From Octopus vulgaris (lineage: Eukaryota), in NCBI GenBank assembly GCA_951406725.2, contig OX597823.1, forward strand, positions 63,488,001-63,552,000: a stretch of 64,000 nt of DNA. The letters are read 5' to 3'. This document shows positions 1 to 12,032 of the stretch, piece after piece. The position numbers were made by a program, and so were the translations under genes. Each line of letters starts with the position of its first letter. The stretch's first letter is position 1. The notes under the pieces are model-generated. The model saw only the letters and a list, made by a program, of their open reading frames with translations, was not told where the DNA came from and searched no databases.

Positions 1-121
1 TGTGCATCAAAAAACCTTTCCTTTCGTTTGTTCAGTTTGATCACTTTTGACTTTTTCGTTGTTGTCACTCACATTGCTGCCAGCTTTTTGGCCGTTTTTG
101 TACATTTTTATACATTTTCGG

Positions 122-243
122 ATACTTACCCCACGAGCTCCTTTTTATTACACCTTTACCAAACACATTGCTATCCACCAAAATACTTACCCCACGTGTT
201 CCTTTTTATTACACCTTTGCCAAACACATTGCTATCCACCAAA
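122..243 (+). repeat. 61-bp tandem duplication directly upstream of the Helitron start codon
   Basis: ATACTTACCCCACG...CTATCCACCAAA at 122-182 and 183-243 with few substitutions. Confidence 0.9.
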
Positions 244-3200
244 ATGCCACCCAAGAAGAGAAGGACCCTCCTCAGCCCTCGGACGGCCAAGGCATCGGCT
301 GCTAGGGCTAGAAGGGCACGCGAGACCCACGAGGAAACCGCCTTGCGCCTCTCGCAAACAGCTTCCCGTTATGCCGCTGCTCAGGCATCTGAAACTACTA
401 GCGACCGTTCTACCCGACTTGCAAGGGTCGCAGCGTACAGATCTTCCCTCCGCTCGAGGTTGACGAAAGAGCAACAGTCCAGCCAAAACATGCGGGCTTC
501 TTACTGTGCTTCCATCCGCAGAGCTCGCGAGAACCCCGAACAAAGGGCCATTCGGAATGCGGCTAACGCCACTAGCACCGCCAGGACACGATCTGTCGAA
601 ACCTCACAGCAGAGGAGAACTCGCCAATGTGCTGACGCCGCAAACAAAGCCATGGCCAAAGCTGCCGAAACACCTCAACAGAGGAGAGCTCGCCAAGCTG
701 CTAACGCCGCAAACAGCCAGGGCTCGATCTGCCGAAACTCCACACCAACGGACTATTCGGACATCCAGACATGCCATTAGCACTGCTTCTGCTAGGGCTT
801 CAGAGGGTGCTGAGGCGAGAGCTGAAAGGCTTTCAAGGGATGCCACTGCTACCGCTGTCGCACGTGCATCTGAATCTGCTGAGGCACGGTGCACTCGACT
901 TGAGAGTATCAACAAACGTCGGGATATCATTCGTGGTGTACGCACCCCTGCCCCCGCTTTCTGGTTGTCACTAGCATTCAACTACGACGCCACAATTAAC
1001 TTCTCCTTGCGTGACGACATCAAGATAGGGTCAATGACAATTGTATGCCAGTTTTGCAAAGCCAAGAAATGGCCCGGAGAGCCACCTGGTTTGTGCTGCT
1101 CTGGTGGCAAAGTGGACCTGCCACCCCTACGGGAACCACCTCAACCACTGAAGGATCTCGCGGCGGGTTTAACCCCCAATTCGTCACAATTCCTTGAAAT
1201 AATTCGAAAGTACAACTGCTCATTCCAAATGACCTCTTTCGGGGCCAAAATTCCTCCCAGAGAAGGCTGGATGCCTACTTTCAAAGTGCAGGGACAGGTC
1301 TACCATCTTATTGGGTCACTTCTGCCAGACGAGATTCAGCAGTCTTCTTTCCTCCAAATATACTTCATTGCCGACTACAACCACCAGGTTGATGCACGCC
1401 TTGGAATAATACCGGGTACAAGCTATGTTCCCCGCAAAGACATTCTTCTCCGTCTCCAAACCATGCTTCATGATATCAACAGCTACGTCTGCAGCTTCAG
1501 ATATGCCTTGGACAGTGCTCCATCTCCAAACTTCACCGTTGTCATTGATGCTGATAAACGACCCCACGGGGAGCACGAACGCCGTTTCAACGCACCTGCG
1601 TGCAACGAAATTGCCGCAGTCATACACGGAGAGCAACACAACAGCCGTGACATAATCATCTCCTCCCGTGGTAACAACCTACACAGGATCAGCGAGACTC
1701 ACAGATCTTATGACGCGCTTCAGTATCCATTGCTTTCCCCTTATGGGGAAGACGGCTACCACTTCGGAATTCCTTTACGGCAGCCCTTCAATCAAACTAC
1801 TGCGGCATCAAAGACGGTTTCCTACAGGGCGTTCTACTCATACCGGTTCATGGTCAGGGAGGGTGAGTTCAACTTATTGCCCCGTTGTCGTCAGCTATTC
1901 AACCAGTTCGCCGTCGACATGGCCGCAAAAATGGAATCGGAAAGGCTGCTATACATTAAACTTAATCAGACCAAACTTCGCTCCGACTCCTACATTCATC
2001 TCCGTGACGGTTTGCAACAAGAAAATGACCCTCGCAACATCGGCAAGCCATGCATTCTACCCTCCACCTTCACGGGAGGACCGCGATATATGCGTGAAAG
2101 GACCCAAGACGCCTTGACCTACGTGCGCATTTACGGCCGGCCGGACCTCTTTATCACCTACACGTGCAATCCCAGCTGCGACGAAATCACTCGCGAACGC
2201 CTCCCGGGTCAATCTCACACCCATCGACGCGACATCGTTGCTTGGGTTTTCCGTCTGAATTTGGGCAAAATGAAGGATTTGATAGTTAAGGGTCAGATTT
2301 TCGGGCATGTCAGGTGCCACATGTTTTCGGTCGAGTGGCAAAAGAGGGGCTTGCCACATGCTCACATCTTAATTTGGCTCACTCATAAAATCGAGACTAA
2401 TGACATTGACAAATTCATTTCCGCCGAGATTCCTGACCCCGATGAGGACCCCGGACTCTACGAAATTGTCCGCACTACCATGGTACACGGGCCCTGTGGA
2501 CCAAATTACGCCAACACACCATGCTACAAAAACGGATTAGCCTGCTCAAAGGGATTCCCTAAACGGTTCACTTTGGAGACTCAAACAGGCGGCGATGGGT
2601 ATCCGCTGTACAAACGAAGGAGTCCAGCCAATGGAGGCCGCACGATTACGGTTGGGCGACATCAAGTGGACAACAGCTACATTGTCCCCTACTGTCCTCT
2701 CCTGTCGAAGATATTCAAAGCCCACGTCAACGTTGAGTTCTGCAGTTCCATCAGGTCAATACAATATGTCTGCAAATATATCAACAAAGGCAGCGATGCT
2801 GCCATGTTCAGCATCCAGAGGACCACCAGTCGCGACGAAGTGTCCAACTACTTGGCTGGCCGGTACCTCAGCAGCAACGAAGCGTTTTGGCGCATTTACG
2901 GCTTCCCGCTCCATCAGAGACACCCGGCTGTGGTGCAGCTTGCTGTACACTTGGAAAATGGACAGCGGATTTACTTCACAGAGCAAAGTGCTGTGCAGAT
3001 AGCCACCAGCCCTAAAGACACAACGTTGACTGGTTTCTTCAAATTATGCCAACGTGATGACTTCGCTCGAACGCTTTTGTACCCACAGGTCCCATCGTAC
3101 TTCGTGTGGTCTAAAAACACCTGGGTTCGACGGAAATCCGGCAAAAACGTCGAAAGCTTCCCAGGCGTCAAGTTTGACTCCTGCCTGGGTCGAGTTTACA

Positions 3201-5113
3201 ACATCCCGCCAAACCAACAAGAATGCTTCTACCTCCGTCTCCTTCTACATGAGGTCACTGGTCCAACAGGTTTCGCCAATATACGTACCGTCAATGGGGT
3301 TCTGTGCGACACCTTCAGGGAAGCATGTATGAGACTTGGCCTTCTAGAGGATGACTCCCAGTGGGACGCCACGATGGCAGAGGGTGCTTTACTGCAAACG
3401 CATTCGGCCCTACGACATCTTTTCGCAATCCTTCTTCAAAAATGTCAGCTTAGTGATCCACTAAGTCTCTGGATGAAATACAGGGATGACATGTCGCACG
3501 ACTTCTTACGTACGGCTCAGCAACACTGCCCTTCCGCCGAGATCACGTTCACCAACTTCATTTACAATTTTGCGCTCATTCAACTCGAAGACGCTGTCAT
3601 CGATATGGGTGGGTCTGCTTTAACAGAGTACGGCCTTCCACCACCCACACGTGAACACGCCAATGTTATGTCTGTTGAATTGTTACGCGAAACTTCCTAC
3701 TGCATTGAGGAACTGCACCAGTACGTCCAAGATAATGAACCACGGCTGCTTCCAGACCAGCGCATAGCCTACAACACCATCGTAGACTCTGTCAGACAGC
3801 AACGTGGGGGGATTTTCTTCCTTGATGCACCCGGCGGCACTGGCAAAACCTTCGTCACTAAACTAATTCTGGCAGAGGTCAGACACAACACGGACATTGC
3901 CCTGGCTGTAGCTTCCTCTGGTATCGCGGCCACGTTGCTTCCGGGTGGCAGAACCGCCCACTCTGCCTTCAGACTCCCGCTCGATCTGGCAAAGTCCGAG
4001 TCACCTATCTGCAACATCGCCAAGAACTCAGAACAGGCCGACATTCTGCGCAGATGCAAACTCATCGTATGGGACGAGTGCACTATGGCACACAAAGGCG
4101 CCCTTGAGGCACTGGACAGGTCCCTGCAAGACATCAGAGACTCTACGGCCCCCATGGGAGGATTAACTTTACTTCTTTCAGGAGACTTCAGGCAGACTCT
4201 ACCTGTTATTCCAAAAGGAACCCGTGCCGATGCCGTGCGCGCGTGCCTTAAGTCGTCAGCTCTTTGGGCACATGTGCGGCCCTTGCACCTCCAAGCTAAC
4301 ATGTGCGCGCAGTTAATTGGTGACAGCGGATCCGCTGCATTCTCCAGGGACCTCTTATCGCTCGGTGAAAATAGGATGCTGTCTGATGCGGATGGCTACG
4401 TTCAATTGGACTCACTTTGCACCATTGTCGACACCCCTGCTATCCTCCGGGACGCTGTCTTCCACGACCTACAAAACAATTTACGCGACCTAAAATGGCT
4501 GGCAGGCAGAGCTATTCTCGCACCCAAAAATACAACCGTCAACTCCATCAATATCCAGCTACTTGAAGCTATTCCTGGTGATGTCCACGTCTACAAATCT
4601 ATAGATAGGACAGCAGACCCCGCCCAGCTTGCCGATTATCCTGTTGAATTCCTGAATTCACTTGAACCGCCAGGCCTGCCGCCACACATCCTGAAGTTAA
4701 AAGTCGACGCGCCCATTATGCTCATCAGGAATTTGGTTCCACCTAAACAGTGCAACGGCACACGTTTGGTTGTGAAACATTTGGCACCACATTTAATAAC
4801 GGCCACAATACTTACCGGTTGTGGGAAGGGAGAGGACGTCTTCATTCCACGGATGCACCTTCAACCGTCGGGCGCTGACCTACCAATCCACTTCAGGCGT
4901 TCTCAGTTTCCTGTTAAACTCTGCTTCGCAATGTCCATCAATAAATCCCAAGGCCAAACGCTACAAGTCGCTGGGTTACATTTGGGCGAACAGTGCTTCG
5001 CCCACGGTCAACTCTACGTGGGCTGTTCACGCGTTGGGAGGCGCAATGATGTTTTCATGTTTTCGCCCAAACGGACAGCTAGGAACATCGTATATACAGA
5101 AGTATTCCAGTGA
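244..5113 (+). pseudogene. Helitron Rep/Helicase (STPR-like repeats + Zn finger + HUH Rep + Pif1 helicase), split by a 2-nt frameshift near 714
   Basis: ATG at 244 (MPPKKRR). Rep motifs PDLFITYTCNP, VEWQKRGLPHAHIL (HUH) and YVCKYINKG (Y2). Pif1 motifs DAPGGTGKT, IVWDE, GDFRQTLPV, FAMSINKSQGQT and HGQLYVGCSRV. The frame of ORF 28..780 continues into ORF 506..5113 at AAN|TARARS. Confidence 0.93.
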
Positions 5114-5235
5114 AGACAAGACATTGCAACGTCCACATGCACCTTCGTTCCCTGGAGGGAAAGGACTACATTGGGATTAGTCGTTGCCTACTAGGGGCTC
5201 TTACAGACCCGGGCAACGCCGGGCTATGCTGCTAG

Positions 5236-5629
5236 TATATATATAAAGCTGAAGTTGTCTGTGTATGGCAGGTTTGGTAGCCTTCAACTAACACTATCTC
5301 CTCCGAGACCCTGCAGCGCAGGTTGACCAAAATTGAGAGTATGATAGAAGAAGGCTCGCTTTTCCTTCCGTAGAAGAAAAGTTGAAATCGGACCATGTTA
5401 ACACCATAAATTATTTACATAAAAAAGGTGCTTTTTTTCTATGAAAATCCCTATATTTTACGATTTTTTGACTGCTGTGTCGCCATTTTTCGGTGTATTT
5501 CATCCAGAAAAAATGGCCACTTAAAGAGAATAACAAGCTATATAATGCAAAATTTTTACTTTTCAAAAATTCCAATTCTAAAGGGTCGAAAAGAAAACAA
5601 GCCCGAGCAATACTGGGCTATACTGCTAG
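5236..5629 (+). mobile_element. Non-autonomous Helitron (~394 bp), head-to-tail with the large element
   Basis: Starts TATATATATAAAGCTGAAGTTGTCTGTG; ends with hairpin GCCCGAGCAATACTGGGC (5601-5618) + TATACTGCTAG|T, homologous to the 5208-5235 end. Confidence 0.85.
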
Positions 5630-6049
5630 TACTAAATATTGACAGGCTCAGTGCAACGTCGGGTGAAAATGTGTTGCAATTGCGGTATTTCATTACAACT
5701 CCTTTATATTCTAATTTCTATCCCGCAGAGAATTCCAACTTTGAGGTCTTTGCCTTTTATCGTTGGGCTGGGGTGGGTTTCGATCAATAGAATTATTAGT
5801 GAAGTAGTGGGATTATGTAAGAAATTATTCTTTTTAGTGCAATGATATATATAATAAAGAAACATATGTAAATCTAACTGTGATTCCCAACGGATCCAGT
5901 CCATTGCATTCAAATACTAAATAGTCCTAAATTAGCTGCGGTTTGTTTATTCTCAAGCTTATCTTATATCCTAATTCAAGTACAGTTTATTAAGTGGTTC
6001 TTCGTGTGGTGTATTGGCAATTGTGTAGAATTTTAGGTCATGTGTATAT

Positions 6050-7030
6050 AGTAAGGTGGCGAATTGGCAGATTTATCAGAACATCAGGTCGAATTCTTCG
6101 TGGTATTCATTTTGACTCTAAATGTTCTGAGGGTCAACTTTGTTTCCCGTCCTTTCGGGGTCGATAAACAAAGTACTTATTTAAGGTGGTAGATTGGTGG
6201 AATTGTAAGGATTTCGAACCGGTTCTCATTATTCTGAGCTAAATTGCGCCTTGGCATCTAACAGGCATCCTCGGTGACCCGCAGCCCCAGCGTGACAAGT
6301 GAAACATACTCTCGAAACTAAAACCAGTAACAAATAATTGATGCTGGGTGAAATTGATAGAAGAGGTCCTCCAGCTGGAGCAACATGTGCCATGGTGATG
6401 TGACGTGATATGTATACAGTAGATCGGAGAACATTTCGGACATCGGACAAAATCCTTTACACATTTTTTTCCGGGTTTTGCACCTAAATTACAAATCCTA
6501 CTGAAATCAACTTTGCCTTTTATTCTTTCCACAGTTGATAAAATAAAGTACCAGTGAAGTACTAGTCTCGATACAGTTCCCATAAAAGTCTGCCCATGTA
6601 TCTATGTAAGAAATCATATTAAAGGGCGGGTGGGAGTGTTGATAGGGTTGCTGTATTGTCGGAAAAATTTACTTCTGGTGTTTATGCCGGGCTCTTTACC
6701 ATCTAAATTCAAATTCCACCACAGTCAACTTTGCATTACATCCCTCTGGGATCGATAAAATAAAGCATCATTCCATAGCGGTGGGTTGGCGGTATTATTA
6801 GAGCGTTAAACAAAGTTCTCTGTGGCTCTTTACGTTCTGAGTTCAAATTTCACTGAGGTCAACTTTGATCTTTATCTTTCCTGGTTCGATAAATGAAAGT
6901 ACATTTACAAGTACAGGCGTTGGATTGACGAAATTATTAGAGTATTGGATAAAATGCCTAGTGGTATTTGCTCCAGCTCTTTACATTACGAGTTCGTCTT
7001 CGACAAACTGGTACCAAGCTGTATAAGCCC
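6050..7030 (+). mobile_element. Cluster of degenerate SINE family A fragments
   Basis: Repeated GGCAGA..TTAG, GAGTTCAAAT and GTCAACTTTG..CCTT..GGGTCGATAAA..AGTAC motifs. Confidence 0.7.
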
Positions 7031-7294
7031 TTGTCTTTTACTAAGGTCAACATAAGTGACGTTGAGAGAGAGGGGACTTGCACGCATTGGTCTTACATAA
7101 AAAATTAATTTTTTTGAAAAAGAATCTGGTGAAAATTACAAAAGCTTCAAGAGGCTGGAAAGCATTTAACAAGATCTTCCTAAAATAGTAAACAGTTCTT
7201 GTTGCTGTTTAGCCTTAGGTTAATTCTAATGCAGCAGAAATAAACCAAAGGCATTTCGATCTCGTGAACATTTCTTCTTTATGTCTACGAACGA

Positions 7295-7429
7295 CTGCCA
7301 CCGCCGCCGCCGCCACTACTACTACTACTACCACCACCACCACTACTACTACTACCACTACCACCACCACCACCACCACCACCACTACCACTACCACCAC
7401 CATCATCACCGCCGCTGCTGCTGCTGCCG

Positions 7430-7489
<60 letters not shown>

Positions 7490-7510
7490 TCGCTGCTGCT
7501 GCTGCTATTC
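7295..7510. repeat. Compound trinucleotide microsatellite (GCC/ACT/ACC/GCT)
   Basis: Direct inspection. Confidence 0.95.
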
Positions 7511-8524
7511 ATTAGTTCTTTATTTAATAAATATGTGTTGTGCTAGTATAGCGTTGAGTTGGCATCCGATTTAAGTTATTGCTTTCAAAACTGATCTGAA
7601 ATAAAGGTTGAAAATATTTTAAAGATACGCATGCGTGCACACACGTCGCACGCCTGCACGCCTGCACGCATGCACATACACGGAGATATTGATAGTACCT
7701 CAAGTATCAAGATTTATTTCAGCGAAATATTAAGAATTGAACTTAAACATTTCAAAGAACCAGTAAGTACTATGACAACGCTGTGCAAACACAGCTGCCA
7801 ACTCTATCTTAACCTCTATCCCCATCACAACCACCGCTATAAAATTATACACTTTTGTCTTACTAAAAGAGGAAGGTCACATTGGATAATGCACTCCTCG
7901 ATACACTATGCTTGAAAACAAAAACCATAAACGAAAAAAATAGTTTATGAATTTGCTTTGCAAGTTTCCTGATGTGAAATCTCGTGTTGAAACAGATATT
8001 GTTATATTTCGGGACGGTCATTTTGTTTTTAAACACACGCACTATATATTCGTTCTTCACTTGTTTATTATTGTTCTAATTTTATCGTGTGTGCATTGTC
8101 TGGAAATCTTTCGCCACACATCTGTGACCTCTTCAGCGACTCTTCCATCCCACGTGTCTCCTCCTGTTAAAAAAAAATGGAAATGGAAAGATGACATCTG
8201 AAAATTCTGTCTTTTGGATCAGAATTAATCTGGGGATTAAAAGTCCGAGTCATAGGCTTTTAAGACCAGTTTCCGGATTCTGTGGCGTATATCTATTTCC
8301 CACCTCCTCCGCTGGAGAGAACGCTGTAATTCTTATCACCAATATGACTAGGAACGCAATAACACTGAAATTGGTGTCATATTTGTAAGAAAATAAACAG
8401 CTCTGGAGCCGGGCATAAGAGCCTCTTAAGTGCTCATAGCCGGATACTTGTCGATGACTTTTGAAGAAGTGGCAATATTCTGAAAAGAAGTTGCGTGTGT
8501 GTATGTATGTATGTATGTATGTAT

Positions 8525-8990
8525 GTCATTATTCAGTTTATTTCAAGATTTCTTGCCAATAGAGAAAGAACCGGATTCTAACCTAGATCCAAGGCTCCTT
8601 CATTGGAGCTTCAACACCTGCAACAGAGTATTTTTGTTTGTTTGTATGTATGTATGTATGTATGTATGTATGTATGTATGTATGTATGTATGTCATTATC
8701 CTGTTTATTTCAAGATTTCTTGCCAATAGAGAAAGAACCGGATTCTAACCTAGATCCAAGGCTCCTTCATTGGAGCTTCAACACCTGCAACAGCGTATTT
8801 TTGTTTGTTTTTATGTATGTATGTATGTATGTATGTATGTATGTATGTATGTATGTATGTATGTATGTATGTATGTATGTCATTATTCAGTTTATTTCTT
8901 GCCAATAGAGAAAGAACCGGTTTCTAACTTAAATCCAAGGTTCCATCATAGGAATTTCAACATCAACAACAGGGTATTTTTGTTTGTTTG
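8525..8990 (-). mobile_element. Three tandem ~115-bp 3' termini of the (CATA)n-associated REL retrotransposon, separated by (TATG)n
   Basis: Units at ~8525, ~8692 and ~8880 (TCATTATTCAGTTTATTTC..GCCAATAGAGAAAGAACCGG..) match 56888-57000. Confidence 0.85.
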
Positions 8991-9055
8991 TATGTATGTA
9001 TGTATGTATGTATGTATGTATGTATGTATGTATGTATGTATGTATGTATGTATGT

Positions 9056-9371
9056 ATTTTTCTTTTCCTTTTAATTTTAGAGTAAATTTTGACCGGCCAC
9101 CTACTTGGTAGCAAGATTGTGAAGGGAAGTATCTTCTTTTAACTATCCTCTTTTAAATCTTAAGAAGGTAATGCGGATTTTTATAGTCCCAGACATTGTG
9201 ATCATCTGTAGCGTACGGAATAAGGATTTCCCTTCTCTCCCCAAGATTCCAACTTCAGCCATACTCTGCTCCAGACGGGTTGGTATGCATCCTGTTGCCC
9301 CAATATTGATGCGTATGAAGCTGAAAGTGTATCTTGGATACTGGATTTGCAAACTCTTTACCAATGGTCCA
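9056..9371 (-). mobile_element. 5'-truncated 3' end of a second REL non-LTR family
   Basis: ORF 9143..9364 (LQIQYPRYTFSFIRINIGATG...TMSGTIKI) aligns with the REL C-terminus LQLLYPDYKFTFIPVIIG...SITGTV; flanked by (TATG)n on both sides. Confidence 0.75.
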
Positions 9372-9575
9372 TGTATGTATGTATCTATGTATGTATGTAC
9401 GTATGTACGGATGTACGGATGTACGTACTATGTATGTATGTATGTATGTATGTATGTATGTATGTATGTATGTATGTATGTATGTATGTATGTATGTATG
9501 TATGTATGTATGTATGTATGTATGTATGTATGTATGTATGTATGTATGTATGTATGTATGTATGTATGTGTGTGT

Positions 9576-9872
9576 AGATTTGTATGTTTTGCTTTATGTA
9601 TGTATCCTCATGCATATAGTTGCATATCTAGACATGCTCATATATATTTAAATGATTAACTTCTGGAAAATTTTACAGATGTTTACAGTTCCAGTGATGG
9701 ACTGAATCTGTGGTCTTCGAATTAGCTTTCTCCTTTCTGGTTTTGAGAAGCCTAATTTCTCAAAATTGGTATTTAGGCAGTGTGTTACATATCCCAGGTC
9801 TCCAATAATTACAGGTATAAACGTGAACTTGTAATCTGGGTAGAGTAACTGCAGATTTGTCAACAGTTTAGC
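9576..9872 (-). mobile_element. 5'-truncated (CATA)n-associated REL retrotransposon (ORF C-terminus + part of 3' UTR)
   Basis: ORF 9648..9863 nearly identical to the C-terminal half of 57154..57522; (TATG)n on both sides. Confidence 0.88.
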
Positions 9873-9936
9873 GTATGTATGTATGCATGTATGTATGTAT
9901 TAAAGATTTTAAATCAATATTTTATATATTTCTGTT

Positions 9937-10356
9937 CTCTTTACTCTTTACTCTTTTACTTGTTTCAGTCATTTGACTGCGGCCATGCTGGAGCACCGCC
10001 TTTAGTCGAGCAAACCGACCCCGGGACTTATTCTTTGTAAGCCCAGTACTTATTCTATCGGTCTCTTTTGCCGAACCGCTAAGTGACGGGGACGTAAACA
10101 CACCAGCATCGGTTGTCAAGCAATGCTAGGGTGACAAACACAGGCACACAAACATACACACACATACATATATATATATATATACATATATACGACGGGC
10201 TTCTTTCAGTTTCCGTCTACCAAATCCACTCACAAGGCTTTGGTCGGCCCGAGGCTATAGCAGAAGACACTTGCCGAAGATGCCACGCAGTGGAACTGAA
10301 CCCGGAACCATGTGGTTGGTAAGCAAGCTACTTACCACACAGCCACTCCTGCGCCT
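9937..10356 (-). mobile_element. SINE family B, full length (tRNA head, CORE-like segment, internal (TA)/(CA) microsatellite, AAAAGAGT-type tail)
   Basis: A/B-box-like head GGCTGTGTGG..GGTTCAGTTCC; near-identical copies at 12765 and 13611. Confidence 0.9.
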
Positions 10357-10859
10357 ATACTCTGTACTAATAACAAAAAAATAAAAAAATTGTCGAAGAA
10401 GTTCTTTTATAATAATATGGCGGATTAATACTTTTTTATAGAAATTTTACAGGAAATATGTGTCTTATATGTAAAGATTAAGTTGTATTTTATAAAATAT
10501 ATGATATATATAATGTCACTAAGCTAGTGTAAGGGATACGAAAAACTGTAACGGATTTCGCGTGTTTAAATAAGTTAGCTTTCGAAAGAAAAAAAAAGAC
10601 TTATGTAAACAAACATTTTTCAGAAGACATAACAATAAGATATTTGCGTAACACAACTAAGTTTATGAAGTGTGATCTAAACTGCAAAGAAAGTAAAGCA
10701 CTTTATCGGAAGCTAATTTGTCGAAGAGAACTGTGCAGTTACAATCGAAAATATTTCCATTCCAGAAAATCTCAGATAATTTTAAAAATATGAATTTTTC
10801 AAGAACGGTGTAAAGTTTCTTTGAAGCTAAAAGCATTCGAGTTTGTGTTTTATTTGATA

Positions 10860-11053
10860 GCTGTTGACGAAGAATTTCGCTTCTAAACCGTGTACTTACG
10901 TGTTCGGTCTTACAATGCGGTACCCGGGGCGATTGTGATTTACTATAGACCCGGGTTAACCAAAGTTTTGTGAGTAGATTTGGTAGATGGAAACTGTATG
11001 GAAGCTCGTCGTATACACACACACACACACATGCACATGCACACACGTATGCA

Positions 11054-11088
<35 letters not shown>

Positions 11089-11300
11089 ACCTATGTGTTT
11101 GTGCCTTTGTGTTTGTCTCTCACCGCTTGCCAATCAAGGCTCATTTCTTATTTCTTTACATTCTAGTGACTTAGCGGTTCAACTCAAAAAGAGATCTGAT
11201 AATATATACATTAGAGGCAATCTGTTCGACTAAACCCGTCAAGGTAATGCTGAGCAGAGCCGCAGTCCAATGACAGAAGCAATCAAATAAATAAATAAAT
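10860..11300 (+). mobile_element. SINE family B, degenerate
   Basis: GATTTGGTAGATGGAAACTG, TGACTTAGCGGTTC and GCCGCAGTCCAATGAC motifs. Confidence 0.7.
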
Positions 11301-11735
11301 ACAAAGACGTATCTTATTATTTATTTTTTCATCGGTTTCAGCTCAAATCTGTGACCATGCTGGGCCACTACCGATAATCCTTCGGGATCGATAAAATAAG
11401 TGCCAACTGCGCACGAGTGTCGATGTAATCGACTAGCCACCTCATTTTAAACGTCAGGCATTTAAAAAAAAATATATAAATACTGTTTCAAAATATTTCT
11501 ATTTAGAAATCAGACATTGAAAATTTCATCGTTGGTTTCCACCGCTTTCTAATGGAAGCATTTAAAAACTTTTGCTTTTGATGTTTTTTGTTAACATTAA
11601 ATTTAGCCAAGAACCACTCAGCTACTAATCTAACGATACGGGAAACAAGCTAACTATTTCCGCAACGTTAATCCCATTTGATATCGGTAATACTTCCAAA
11701 GCAAAGTAAAGAAAAATCAGCCTTCTCAGGTTTTC

Positions 11736-11771
<36 letters not shown>

Positions 11772-12032
11772 GTATGTGCGCGCGCGCGTATATGTGTGGG
11801 TATGGTGGAACCAGCCCTTAACTACTGATAGAACCACAAGTGGCACCGTCAATTATGCAGGGTGTTTTGGGTCTGTTAATTTGGCGATCATCTCTCTTTC
11901 TCTCTCTCTCTCACACACACAATCTCCCTCTCTCTCTCTCTCTCTCAATCTCCCTCTCTCTCCCTCGAGGTCTAACTGCAACTGAATTCTACAGAAAAGA
12001 AATTGTGAGAGTGGGAGAGATAAAATGATACC

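Larger units (their letters stand above)
1..5235 (+). mobile_element. Helitron (rolling-circle transposon), near-autonomous; 5' end probably lies upstream of the window
   Basis: RepHel ORF; subterminal GC hairpin CCCGG-GCAACG-CCGGG (5208-5223) followed by the CTAG terminus (5232-5235) and a T. Confidence 0.95.

Noticed and set aside
122-192. ATACTTACC, matching the U1 snRNA 5' end, twice
   Set aside because: Only 9 nt match; the rest is not U1
506-714. N-terminus of the 1535-aa ORF as called
   Set aside because: Wrong frame upstream of the frameshift; the repeat-bearing frame starts at 244
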